A stretch of 63,363 nt of DNA, the filler included, from Streblomastix strix (taxonomy: Eukaryota), in NCBI GenBank assembly GCA_008636045.1. It is 2 parts of 2 records of this genome, joined end to end, with 100 filler letters (N's around TTAATTAATTAA, not from the genome) between each part and the next. Parts side by side here need not be neighbours in the genome. Positions count along the whole stretch, not along the records: positions 1 to 31,676 come from SNRW01000079.1; 1 more part is not named here. One strand, 5' to 3'. A program made the position numbers and the translations under genes. Of this stretch, positions 1-13,668 are shown piece after piece. Under the pieces are notes generated by a model. That model was given only the letters and a program-made list of their open reading frames with translations, was not told where the DNA came from and ran no database searches. How positions within the stretch are numbered: position 1 is the stretch's first letter; each line of letters opens with the position of its first letter.

Positions 1-1279
1 AATTTATATTATAAATGTTCAACTATGATACAGTGGAAGACTCAGCAGCTTTGCTCGAAAATTCGCAACTTTTTCGTGAAAAATTTATATTGACACACAC
101 GTTTCAAAATTAAGTTTAAATATTGAACGTGTGATTTATAATTGAATATACATAGCTTTTATATTGTTATATAGATTTTTATTCTTGTTTTGGTTTTCAT
201 CTTTAAGATTTTCCCTTTATAAATCAGATCCGTATCCAGCGCTGGGAGTATGCTATTAAGTCAGCACTATCAAAATCCTGTAGATAACATAGCATATTTC
301 ATAAATATTCATTAAACATAAAAATAGTCATTTGTACTTTTTTCTATTAAAATAATGATTTTCAAAATTTTTTACACATTAGGAAAATAATTAATTAAAA
401 GCAAAAAATTCCAACTAATATCAAAAATCTGTTAAACTTCTAAGGTGAGGGAAAAAAATAATAAAATATCTTAGAAAAATCTCAGAATCTAATAGATTAT
501 GCATAAAAATAACTATTAAACTAATAAATTACAAAACTAAATGTCTTGATCTTTTATTAATTTTAATCGTTCTGGTAAAAGAAGTTAAGTTTAACTCCCT
601 CATGTATTTTTTCTAAATTTTCGTCGAAGCTGCTCGTTGACAAAGCTTCTTTATCTATTGTACATTACATCAAACTTATCAAACTATGTCAGAGTAATGT
701 CTTTATATCATCATCTTCTTCATTCTCTGCGATCGATCATGTCTTTTGCATCATTCCTTGCGTTAGACCCATCAGTTCTCTCAAAAATTTGCTCCAAGCG
801 AATAATTCATCTTTGATTGAGAAGAATTTTTCGGTTAGGGCAGAGATTAGATAAAGAGATTCAAGGATAATTAATCATTATTCTGTCTCTTAAGGAAATT
901 AGTATAATAATTGGTTTCAATCTAATTTCTATATTTCACTTATTTTTTGAGATATCGTTGCGATATTAATGTGAAAAATGTTTATTTGTTACATTCGATC
1001 TAAATAATGGCCATTTTTAAATCAAGTAAAGTAACTATTTAAAGCCTGAACTGTAAGAATTTACATTTTTTATATTCAAAGAGATAGTAAAATTCAAGAT
1101 AAAGATACAATTTATAGTCTCTATCGTGCATCTATAATCAGAAAACGTTATCAAAACGTATATACAGTTCGAATCACAGACTATTTAATAAAATTTTGAA
1201 TGATAATTTAATCCTAAATATGATATTTGCGATAAAAAAGTAATTTCTGATAGAAATATATTTCTGAACAACGAATACT

Positions 1280-1990
1280 AGCGATGAATATCACAGAGAA
1301 GCTCCAATGAGAGAGAATTAAAAGAGCCTCTATTTGGTCTTTATGTATCTTATTTAGAACTCGGGGGATCATCTCCACTGGGCAGTCTATCAATGGCCTC
1401 TCGCCTGTCCAGTTAAACGAAATTGCGTTTCTTTTTACTGCTCTTTGGTCCAGTTAAGTACCGCAGTACCTTTCACATCGTTTCATCGTTCGAGACGCGA
1501 AGAGATCTATTGTTGGTATAAATTACAGGAATGTTGTTGCTTGGCTGAAAGCCGAGAATATTATTGAATAATCTTCGTGATGGGCCATCTTGCTCAATGC
1601 ATCTGTCTTGTTGTTATGAATATTTATTATGTATTCCGTAACTAAAGATATGTTCAGAGTCTCTAATAGCTGGAATATTATCCTTGCAAGGTGGATCAAA
1701 GCACTTGCTGGTTTCCAATGTCCTGGACAGTACTCCACTGCGGTGTTATCCGTTTTAAGGAGGATACGGTCGACTTTCATTTATTGAAGAATTGGTGTGA
1801 ATGCCCTCAAAGATTTTAGAACAACCGCAAATTCCCTCTGGTTGTTTGAATTTATGTGTCAATATCCACACTATTCTTCTGCATCCATTAATTCGCCATT
1901 CTTAATATTTTGCAAGTCTTATCAACCATTCTCTGAGGCATCCGTTGTTAGTACGATTATTGGAGATTAAATAACAATTTCTATTGGATT
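1280..1990 (-). pseudogene. DIRS RNase H plus DNA N6-adenine methyltransferase-like remnant
   Basis: TDAS, TDN and N..TDALS RNase H motifs, followed by DLFAS and IPRVL.KI...W motifs. Confidence 0.8.
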
Positions 1991-2149
1991 GTTAAGTTTA
2001 ATTAACTCTAAATATATATATAAATATGAGAGAACTTTCTTATTGAGTTATATTTCTAAATTCAAGGTGCCTTTAGTTACTTCTTTACTCTTAAAAATGT
2101 TTAAAACATTCATATATAGAGAGATCTGTTTGATTTGAAACTTAAGAAT

Positions 2150-2900
2150 GTTTTACACCTCAATTAATGATGCAACATCTCTAATTCTTATTCTCTGGTT
2201 ATATTAAGTTAATTCAATCCAATTTCCCAACATAATCTTCAATATTCTTCTCTGTTGATGAAGAATTAATACTTCCAATGCGTTTGTTTTCCATTTCCAA
2301 TCGAGACGTTAGATCCTTCTATTTTGGATTAGCCTGTGTTTGGTTGGTTAAAGGTTTAAACCTAGAATCTGGATAAAAGTAACAATTTCTAATGCATTTT
2401 GAGCAATAGAGAGTTTTTACTATCAATGTTGGTTGTATTGTTTATATAGTCTTGGTAATGAAAAAAGGGCTATTGCATCAGCGGAATTGAAGGCCAGCAT
2501 AAGTGTAACTACGAATTTAGAAAGAGAATCCGAAAAATGGGCGAAGAGTGCCAGAAATCCCGATTTGATGAAAAGCGTCTTTCAAATCTACAGTAATCGC
2601 GAAGTCCCCTTGGAGTAAGAAGTGTTTATGCTGTTCCTAACCTACTAGTTTAAAGAATCAGGATCATGTTATTGAATTTACCCATCTATAATCCAAGATT
2701 TTTCTAGGTTTACTGTCTGCACGCATTACTAAAAACGTTGGATTGTAAACATTTACTTCATAAATTTTAACTAAAATCCCAGATCTTATTTCTTCTTATA
2801 ATTATTTATTAAACTTTGATATCATATTATGAGAACCTTAATAATTACTACATTTTATTTTGGAGAATAATAATTCCACATCCTAAGAGGAGGTCCAATC
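2150..2900 (-). pseudogene. DIRS reverse transcriptase remnant
   Basis: FLV..RKILD and DLKDAFH motifs present. LPFG is decayed to LQFR followed by TGA, and no YxDD motif is visible. Confidence 0.8.
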
Positions 2901-4589
2901 TTCTGTAGTTCCTTTCTGAATCGTGTAACTACACTTAATCTAGTTCCAAAACTCTATTCTTTACTACAGTATATCGGGAACTGGTAGATTCTTCAAATCT
3001 GCGTAATCTTCGAGAAAATTGTTCTCTAAAAGTTTCTCCTCTATTTGTGATAAATTGTATCCCTCATCCAGACAATTTGTCTTACTCCTCATCGTTCTAC
3101 TCCTTGGACCTCAGTATGGTCCTCTCTTGACCTGTCTCGATTCATTGTGCTGCTGGTTATTACAGCTGAAAATTCTATTATTGTAATGTGGGTGTAGTTT
3201 ACTAATTTGTTGAATTTGGCAAAGGTAGAAGACTTTGAAGTTACTTGGAAGTCTGCGGGAACAGTTGTTAATACTAGGTAATAGGAATTGATTGCTAAGA
3301 GAAGAGAGGCTGTTGATAGCTGAGCGGGAGCTATTGTTGACGAAACGGTACTTATTGAATAAATCCTTACTGAAGTATTTAATTTTCTCCCTATTTGTAA
3401 AAGATTTTCCCTAATCTATTCTTTTTTGCAGTGAATACGAATTTTGGTAATTGTTATGATTAACCTTCAAACTAGATCCATCCTCTACATACTCCGAACG
3501 AGTCACTAGTATATTATATGTATTCATAAGGGAAAATCACTTAGAAGGGTATCTATTATTTGATTATTGGCTTAGATTCCGGAGATTTCTTTGTTTCAGT
3601 TAGGATTTTTGCAGTTTTTGCAGATTCCTTTATGGTTTACTTTGATTTGTTCACCTAATACTCTATGTTCCGAAACATTTTTTACTAAAGCAACTTTAAA
3701 TTAGTCAGCGACTATAGAAATTTCTCGCCTTTGCTATGCATTACCAACAATAATCCTGGAGGCATTATGAACAGTTAGTATCTAACGTGTCGCCTCGCGA
3801 ACATCATCTAAAACTAGAGCTGTCACAGCAGACGCACAAACATGTTGAACGAAAATTGCGAATCGTTAAGTTTCGACCTCAATTTCCGGATTATTCTCAC
3901 CGGAGCTGTCGATAGCCTCTTTCCATCGAGTTCTAGACCTATAATCACTTCACCTCTTTCCAAGAGCTTGATTCTCTCGAGCTTTGTCGCTCTCTCACTT
4001 GTCGGGTCTAGAATTCTCTCCTTCTGACTGTAATATTTCACAATGACCTTAGTTTCAGCATCCAACATCTAAATCCGTTGAGTCTCTTCCTCCAAGTCTG
4101 GTGTAATGACTTTAAAATCTTATTCCAAAGGTTGAATTATTAACTTTTATGTTTTGATATTTCTTTCAGGTTCTAGGACATCTGGATCGTTCAAAATATG
4201 AACAAGCATTTCCTTCCCCTGGAGATAATCATCCTATCCTGAAAAAATGGATATAAATTAAATAGATGCCAAGTATTTTTTGTTTAATCTGGCCCATTTT
4301 TAGTGGCCCTGTATTCCAATAAATGGATGTTGAAAAGGTAGGATTGGTTCAGATAAAACAAATCAATTAGGTTAATTATTATCTATTAAAAACCACATAA
4401 AGATTTCTTGGTGACTGAAACCAATTAAAGAAGTTTTATTCTTAACCTGGGTCCATCATCCAATACAATTCCTTCTGATGACTGCTGCTGTAACAAAACT
4501 ATGCCCTTGCAATATAAATAACGCAAAATAATTTAATTATTATTCATGTTATAAGGGTATGTCCATTCAGTAAGATCACTTCGTATTTA

Positions 4590-5330
4590 TTTATTTAAAA
4601 ATTTTAAAAATAATTTTTTAAACAATAGCTGAAGTTGAAAATTTTTCAATTTGCCTCCGTTGTAAAAACGAGCAAAAATTATAACTTTATTTTTTGTCGT
4701 CATACATGTAATATTATTAATTAATTTTTATTATAATTTTATTAAAATTTTTTCGGATACATTGATGGACAATTACTGCGTTTTTAGCGGCATGCGTTCT
4801 TAAAAACTGATAATTTTTGTTTTTTCGTTTTTTTATTCAACCCACCATTTCAAATTCCTCAATTATTGTAATTTATTATAATAAACATTAATATTTTTAT
4901 TTAACAATTTTTCAATTTAATTTATCTCAAAAATCGCTCATTTATTTTACGAAAAAAAATTTAAATTGAAATTTCGCCAATAAGTATAATTATAATTATA
5001 TTTTTATAGATCTAATTTTTAATAAATAAATAAAAATAAAATATTTTACAAAAAATATAGTAATTAAGCATGAAATGAGCGGAAAAAACGAAAAATTAAA
5101 AAATTATCGGTTTTCACGAATGTGCGCCGCTGAAAACGTAGTTTTTGTCCTTCAATATACCTAAAAAATTTTAAAAAATATTTAAAATTAAAATTTTGTA
5201 ATAAGATTTGCTTTTTGGTGTTGAAAAAAAAATGAATATATTTTTTGATTAATTTTTCAGAGGATGCAAATCTAAATGTTTGCAACTCCAATTTTTGTTT
5301 ATAAATTTATTTTAAATTTATTTTAAATTA
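4590..5330. mobile_element. Foldback/MITE-like element with diverged ~260 bp inverted arms
   Basis: Reverse complement of ~4750-4850 (aaaattatcagtttttaagaacgcatgccgctaaaaacgcagt) aligns with ~5070-5170 (aaaattatcggttttcacgaatgtgcgccgctgaaaacgtagt). ~4600-4680 similarly matches ~5240-5330. Confidence 0.75.
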
Positions 5331-5430
5331 AAAAAAAAGTGGTAAGTTGTTTATGAATGGAAACACCCAAATAAAGACGTTTATAAAGATATAATCATTT
5401 GAATCAAATTTATTTTATTAATGTTTCTAT

Positions 5431-5600
5431 CAAGTTGGCAGATGGGCTGATTTGACAGCAGATTTTTTTATAAATCCGGACCCTGTGCATGTAGTGCACG
5501 CTATACAGTTAAAAGTCTTTCACTATCCGCATCAATTAATGGTGCCAATTTCACAGGTTTCATTGATATTTTATGACTCGATGCACTCGGTGCAACATAA
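5431..5600 (-). repeat. Diverged isolated copy of the Polinton-like subterminal repeat family
   Basis: Reverse complement resembles 22690-22853, e.g. tgcaccgagtgcatcgagtcataaaatatcaat versus tgcactgagtgcatcgagtcctaaaacatcaat. Confidence 0.7.
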
Positions 5601-8600
5601 CTTTGCATATCATATGTTCCTAAGCAAAGCATTCACTAAAAATTCCATCAATAAATTTTAGGTTTCTGTCAATGGTTAGCCATCAACTATGCTATTAATT
5701 AATTTAGTAATTATGAGAACAAGGAGAGTGCTATTCGTTTAAAGATTATTTTCATTAATTAATTTCATTAATCATAACCAAATATTATGATCAATATCCA
5801 CATTCAATCACGTAATCTATTAACATATTTCATATAAATATTCTGTTTACCTTAACTATACACAGACCTGATCTTTCATTATTTTAATTTCAAATTTTAA
5901 TTCCATTATATATAATTATCATCATTTATAAAAATTTTATTTGTGGGACACTGCCGTTGTTTCTATAACTACTAATGTGCCATATTTTGATGAACCGTTA
6001 AATTCGAAACGCAACCAAATCGATGAAATCTTTCAAATTGTATAATCACATGTTATTTGAAAGATTATTGAAGCATAATTTAAACAAGCAATCGAAATTG
6101 GCACATATTGAGTCACTAAACAGATTAGTGTATGATATGAGAAAAGACGAAGTGTCACTATTTGCATGAACAAGAAAAGAAAGTGGAGAATATATGAAAT
6201 ATTTCAACCCATAAATGAATATCAAAAACTCAAATTTAAATAGAAAGACGATGAATCATCTTTTGTGGCCTCAATGAATATGCATAGCTACAAACTGTAT
6301 ATTGAAGTAGTTGAGATTATGAACCTGCTTTTTAGAATTTTGCAATGAAATAGGAGATATAATAATAAAATTCTGTCCCATCTAAAAAAAACATGAAAAT
6401 GTTAAGCGAACTCGAAAATATGGAAACTAAAATTTATGAAGTATATTAAACAAGTGGATGATCATTGGATCTATTATTAGCTTAATGATGATTATAAATA
6501 TCAATTTCACAAAATTTGAATTCATCAGGATCTACTGAGTAGAAATAAGGCTCTTCTTGAATGCCTTATTCCGAAATTGTTATATATTTTTGCACCACAT
6601 CATAAATAAATTAAATTCAGAGAACTTTGACAAGGATGAATTAATGCACTATGAACTATAATCTCATCAACGCTTCCGACAAATTATGAAAATTTAATTG
6701 ATATTTCAAGATTCATACATAAACTCACAAAACCATTTATCGAAGATCTCGGATACAACTGATCACTGAATAGAATTGATTTATTACTTGCAGAAAAAAA
6801 TTAAAATAATCAGTATTTGCTTGGATTTTGTATTGGAAAAATGAACATTAATAATTGGAGAATTATAAAATAATCTAAAGTAGTTCTTTCCTTAGAGAAA
6901 TTGTAAATTTTCGGGTGAGAGTAAAATTAGTATAAAAATCGCACATGCGAAATGAGAATTGATTATATTTAAGACATCGGTACGGTATACACTTTTAAAT
7001 AGAAAATAAAATCGATTGGATGATGATTTATAGCGCATAAAAATAAATCGATATTCTCTTAACTTGAAGATAGAAAAAAAGAAAAGATTTGAGTTTACTG
7101 ATAGAAATTTCATATCAATAGATCACTTTGTATCGATAGAAAAAGGTTATTTAGGATCAAGTGAAAGAAGCAAAAAGTATAAAGATGAAAAAAAGAATTA
7201 TTAAAATTTAATGTCTAAGAATAAAGTAAAGAAAAGATTATTTAATAATAGAAAAAATAACTAAATCAATTGCAATGGATGAACAAATCTGTGAAAATAA
7301 CGATATAAATATTACTATTACATAAAACAACATTTAGATCAAATCAAGAATTCTACTATTTGGAAAGCCGTGCACCCATAAATTAATATATTTGAATTGC
7401 AAAATAATATTTATTAAAATAATATTAAGCAAAATAATTTGAAATAGCTAAAGTATATGGATAAAAATCAAATGCATTATTTGATTATCAAAGATTCTAC
7501 ATTGATAAAAGATAACTTATCATAAATTATAAATAGCAAACACCCATAATTGAAATAATTTTTTATTATTTAATCAGCCTTCCAAGCACAAACAGATACT
7601 GCTTCGATAATAACAAATGATAAAATCCTGAAGTTGAAAAAATTATTAATTAAATTAAGAAAAACTTGATGATTTTGAATTACAAGAAAAGAATTTGGGT
7701 GAATTAGACGATATGTGTTCAAAATTTGAAATTTACGAGTAAGGGGACATTTTATGTATAATAACAATAAATAGATAACAGTATAAATGATTTAGGAATT
7801 ATTACAAATGAATAGAAACAAAAAAACAACGCAATGGTAATAGCTACAACTGTCAGCTATCATTTAAATGATATTATAACGATAACATTCCTAATAGTAG
7901 AATCCAAATTAGTCTGTACAAAATAGGACTTAAACACATTCTACTTCACAAAATATTAAAATCAAAACGAGTTACAATAAAAACAGTAATAAATTTAGTG
8001 ATTTGACCTTACAATTTGGAGTTTCTGTAAAATAATCCACATATTGAGTAATAGTTTAGTAAAAAGAGGAAAAAAATTCTGGAAAATTGAAAAAAATTCG
8101 AAACTTGCTGAAATTAATAGGAAAATAATATTCATAATATTACGAGGTTTGATTTTCTATATACACAAGGAACTACTTGACAGATACCCAGAAAGTTCTG
8201 GAACTATTTTGCCTAGAGCTTAGATATCATTATTCGATTAGATTTTAAAAAAAATTAGGTTAAAATTCAGTCGGAATTATAGAAAGAACAGAGTTTTAAA
8301 TAAAAATAAGACTATATCAAAATGAAGATGAAAAAGAGGTTTAAAAAATCGAAGAAATACCATCAATCAATAATATAGAATATTAAATTAGGCAAATCTC
8401 AAAATTCTCAGATTAAAAGAAATTAGAATCATAAAAATAACTTGAATATTTCTAAAACATCCACGGTTATATAGAAGATGATTAAGAATTTGATTTCGCT
8501 TCTTATAAAATATAGTAGAAGTCTAAGAGAGAAAAATAAAAACAAGATAACAGTTTTTAGAGGAAGTTAAACTATTACCAATTAATTTACATGTAGTAGC

Positions 8601-10763
8601 AATGATTATATATTTCCTAAATAAAAAGCTTCCATAATTTCAAAAGTAAAAGATACATTTAATCTTAGAAAAGGTAAAAATTCAAAAAATTAAAGTATAA
8701 CACAAAAAATACTATTGAAGAGAAAGAGAGAACCAGAATCCATTATTAAATATCGATTCCGCATCAAAGTTAAGTAATTGTTGAGATATCTCTTCTGGAT
8801 AAAAGAGATGAGTACACTGTTAAAAGCAACATCTAATGAGATGGAGAATAATGTTGGTGAATATATTTATAAAGTGAAAGCAAAGGGAATGGGAAGAAAA
8901 ACGAGAATATAAATAGAAGCGTGGGGAATAGTAAAAAAAATTTATAGAAAATATTTTTTATCTAAGAATCAAAAATTAATAATATTAATAGAGATTGGAA
9001 AAAATTAAATTATGGAAAAAATTTGAAAGAAATATAAAACGAAAAAAGTAAATTGTTAAATATTTAAAGAAAAGTTTAAAAACGGATATAACAATTTAAT
9101 ATTAGAAAATCAAATAGAGGTATAATGTTATATACTCTTTATAAGAAACAAATAAAACATAGAAAAATGTCTAAAATGAGTGTATATCATATTAATTTCA
9201 TATTTAGAAATTTCTTACTGATTATCATTGAAAATAGGTTGAATTGTTTACAAATTTGTTTTATATTAAAATAATTCTTCAACATTTCAATAAAATGTAA
9301 TTGATTCATAAAATATTTTTTAATTTGAAATTTCTAATTCAATTTTTCAGCTTATAAATAAAATTTTAAAATTTATTCTTATTATTAAAAATTTTTCAAT
9401 GTATTAATTCAAATTCGAATTAAATTAATTTGAATTAAACGGAATACGTTATAACTTATTTAATATATATTATGTTAAATTTGCTACATTTGCAGAAAGT
9501 GTCCAATAAATTTTTAAATCTGAACATTTTTTTTTGCTATTTTAATTGTTTTGACTTATTGGTGGGATAATTGACAATCTTCGTTCACTTTATTATTAAA
9601 ATTCCAAATCTTAATATTCTAGCATAAATCTTTAGTTTATTGTCGCAATTAAATTTTGGTACACATTTATTCATATTAATTAATTTTTCAATTTAACTCT
9701 AATTTCAATAATTTAATATATTTCATATTTATTGTTACTTTTAAGAGAAATATAGTTATGATTATTATACAATTTTGAATATTAAAATGAAAAAAATCAT
9801 TCTATTTTTCACCAAAATCTATGCATAAAAAAAGAAACCAGTCAGAGGAGCAAATTTGACAAGGCAATACAAAAAATCTTATCAAACACACATTGTTTCA
9901 TCATATAAGTATAACGTAATGGATCAAGATACACCAGGGTATAGCAGGATTTAAATTGTCAATTTTCATTAATAAATTTTGCTAGGCTAATCCATTTGTA
10001 CAAAGAATAAAAATAATTGAATTCAAAATTATTATAGTAATAATGGATTAAAAACCATTAGATTTCAAAATCGTTAAATTGTAAAAAACATTTGAATTTT
10101 AAAAATTAATGTTTAAAATTATAAAAATTTTATTAATTGAAAATTAATATTAAAATTTTATATGAAAAAATCAATAATTCATAGGTTTTAAATCTTAAAT
10201 TGTTGATCTGTCTAATACTGGAATAATTTGCATAACGATAAGATGTAGAATATACAATCCAATTTCAATTTATTTATTTTACACTAAATACACATATAAT
10301 ACTTATTTTTGCAGCTCATTAAATCCCTCCCACATGGTAATATTCCACCCGCATCTTAAATGCCTGATTCCATGCTAACCGATTATGGATTATCCTTAAT
10401 ATCAACACCTTGCAAATTATTTACATATTTAAAATTATTTTAACCATAAAAACTACATTTTCAATATTCTCCAGCAAAGTTTTTTGCTTTTTTACTATTT
10501 GCTCAAAATTCGTAATGATTACCATTTCATGTCTTTAAAGATCAAATTTAGTATCTATTTTTATATATTTTTGGTTGATAACATGCTTGTGCGGATGGAT
10601 AAAAGCGAAAAACTTTCTTTCCGAGTTATAGCCTCAGAAATTTATTATTTTTCAATATAATACATAAATTCATTCTGAATTTTAAAATATAAATATTTTT
10701 ATTTCTTTATATTTACCTATTTATAACTCTCTTTTTCCACATTTTCATTTTTTAGAAATTGCT

Positions 10764-13209
10764 ATGACCGATAGTTTTACGACAGATATTGTGGGAACAA
10801 AGTTTTAAGAACAGCTTATTTTAGTACAAGATGATGCAAATGATCTGGAGCATCACTTTTATAAATCTAATCTCACCCAGTCTCTTAGCTCTTCATAAGG
10901 CGAAGAGTTTGTTACAATACAAAATCTCAAAGAAAAACTCGAGATTCTTGAAAAGTAGAATAATGAATTACAGCTGGAATTGAACAAAGCCCACGAAGAA
11001 TTGCGCTAACGCGAAGAAGAGTTTAAATAGTAGTTAGAACAGGAGGAAGAAAAGCACAAAAAAGAATTGTAAGATAAGGATGAACAGATTGATGAACTTA
11101 AGAAGCAAAACGAAAAACTGTCAAAAGAAGCACTGCCAAAAGGAGCACTACCAAAAGGAGCAATACCAAAAGAAGCTCCAAAAGTTCCTAGCAAATAGCC
11201 GATCACAAAAACTAATAATAAAAGTTCAGGAGCACCATTGCCTGCTGCACCTTCTTCAGCAGCAACATAATAACTGAACAAACCTAAGGTGCCATAAATC
11301 AATGTTAAAACAATAGTACCTGCAGAACCTAAGAAATAAAATAGTTATTCAGCCAGAGCATCTCGCTCTTCATCTGTGTAATTAGAGAAGAAGGCTCCAA
11401 ATGCTGCACCTGCTGCACCTGCTCAAACTGGTACATCCAATCCTCCTAAATCTCCCAGAACAAGTGTTTAAGTTACAAAGAATCAAATTGTACAGAAGAC
11501 AACTAAAAGCCCATAGTCATATGCAAGTATAAGTCAGCAACGTCAAGTTTAATAGAAAGATTTCACACAGACTGTTTCATAGCTCCCCATTCCAACAATT
11601 GAAGAAGAGGTAACCCCAATGAGTTAAAAGATTGTTTTGAATCAAACTACAATTCAAACAGATCGTAGTTTCTTTGCATCTCCCAATTAGACATAGCTGT
11701 CTCCAAGAACTCAACATCTGAGGACAATGTCACAGGCTGCACAAACATCTCCTTTCTCTCCAAATGTCACTGTTAAGGAATAATCATATCGCGCTCTTAG
11801 TGTTGAGAAGTTTCAATTATAGACTGTAACTGATCTTATTTTCAATTCTCCAACTCCAATTGCTGCTAATTCTGAACTTTTGGCGAAATCATTGTCATCT
11901 ACTTCACTTTAGGAGTAATTGAAAAGAGATCAGGAAAGACAAAGATTTGAATCAACGAGGTTGGATCCATTGGAACAGCAGAAATATACTCAAACATTGG
12001 AGAAATTGAATGATGCAAGATTGAAGGAGGTTAATATTTATTACAAATAATTTTAATTTATTATTATAATTAAATTCACCTATATATATTATTATATACT
12101 TAATCTATAAATTATTCCAGTTATCAGCACTCAAAACCCAGAAGAGAGGACTCCAAGAAGAGCTTATTTAGTTGAAGAAGTAATTTAGAGACCAAAGATT
12201 AGCATCCAAGAAGAAAGTGGATAGATTGAGGAGCAGGATAATAGAATTAAATGGAAAGAAGACAAAAGAAGACATTGAAGATGAGAAAGAGGAATAAGAA
12301 GAAGAGAAACAGTTCATTGAGAGAGAAAGGAATTTTGAAATTGAAGAGAAGAATATTGATGAATAGAATGAATTGGATTAATAGAAGGAAAAAGAAGAAG
12401 AAAAGAAAGAAGTCAAATTACTTAAAGATAGGATTTATATTCTAGAGAAGGATCTGAATGCCTAATATGAGAAGCAGAGATTATTAGCTCAATAGATTGA
12501 GAAGCTTATTAACTTTGTTAATTAGAGACCAGATTTCAACCTATCAACAAGATTAGAGGACAATTCACTATCTCCAGCAGCACTGCAATAGAAAGAGCTT
12601 CTAAGGATAATGCGTGAATTGGGATGGAGGAAGACAGGATCATCTGATAATGAGATTGATCAGGATGAATAATCACAGCAGGATAAATATATTGATCTGT
12701 TGAATAAGGTTCAGGAGATGCAATAAGAAATCAAGGATCAAGATGAAAGAAAAGAAACAGAAATAAAAGAGAGAATATAAGCAGAGAGAGAGAGGTGGAT
12801 ATAAGAATAGAAGGATGAAGAGTAGAAGTAGAAACTTGCTTTGTTGGAAAGAGAGTTCACTGTGGATTAGAAAGCTGAATTTGATAAGCTTAGAGCTCAA
12901 TTAGCTGAGTACCAAGAGAAGCTTGCACAAAGGGTCAAGTTTGAAGAAGCAGAATTTGTTGAGTTAAAGCGAGTCTGGAGGCTCAATAAGCTGAACAAAC
13001 TACAATTTGCTAAGTTGAGTCAGAGTATTGGAGATTAGATTCTGAAGGAGGAAGAGAGCTTCTCACTTCTGGTTCGGTCATTCAATCAGGGATAAGCATC
13101 CAGAGAAGATAATAAAGCAGACATATGGGGATCTGATGGTCAGAATGATAAGAAGGAGAAAGATAAGGAAAAGAAGGAGTTGGATTAGAAGGAGAAATCT
13201 AAGAAATGA
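10764..13209 (+). CDS. Hypothetical coiled-coil / low-complexity protein, ~784 aa, 2 exons (10764-12029, 12121-13209)
   Basis: Long frame open with TAR=Gln, phase-0 GT..AG intron 12030-12120, TGA at 13207. E/K/Q-rich helices and ALPKG repeats at ~11130-11170. An upstream exon is possible. Confidence 0.8.
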
Positions 13210-13668
13210 AAAAGATGATGATAAGAATAGAAGGAAATAAGATACGCTGAAAGAGATGAAGAATTTGCATTTTTGATTTTATCATTCCAAAAAGATATCA
13301 ATATTGTTACAAATTTTCTGTTTCCTTCATAATATCATCATATTGTCTTATCTAGAGGTTTTTTTAACATCAAATCTTTATTTTTTTTCCTTTCACATCC
13401 CATCCTATACCTTATTTTAGACTATGTTCAATCAATGCATTAATTTCACGTACGCTGTAGTTCAAATAAACTTAATACAATAGAAATTAATTAAAAAAGA
13501 AGCTTTGCAATGATATTTTTTGTATTTATTACTTAATAGTTTTAACCGATAAAATTAATAATTTCATTAATTAAAAAGCCAAAAATTTTTTACTCATAAT
13601 ATAATATAATATTTAAAATGATTTAAAAAAGTATCTACATTCTTTTTATAATCCATTTTTTAATCCTT

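Larger units (their letters stand above)
1..4560 (-). mobile_element. Degenerate DIRS-type (tyrosine recombinase) retrotransposon: gag-like, RT, RNase H and methyltransferase regions; probably runs off the left edge
   Basis: Minus-strand motifs in DIRS order: RT 'PTFLVMRADSKPRKILDYRWVN' (~2680-2745) and 'FAITVDLKDAFHQI' (~2560-2605); RNase H 'LTTDAS' (~1935-1955) and 'KTDNTAV...NNKTDALS' (1523-1780); methyltransferase 'IDLFAS' (~1495-1512) and 'IPRVLNKI...ALLILSHW' (~1305-1370). Many stops and frameshifts; ends approximate. Confidence 0.85.

Noticed and set aside
5600..9100. Coding-like decayed region, possibly a DNA transposase remnant
   Set aside because: No convincing catalytic motif could be read and it is too degraded to call.
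9830..10400. Short GC-richer patches
   Set aside because: No ORF, RNA structure or repeat partner identified.
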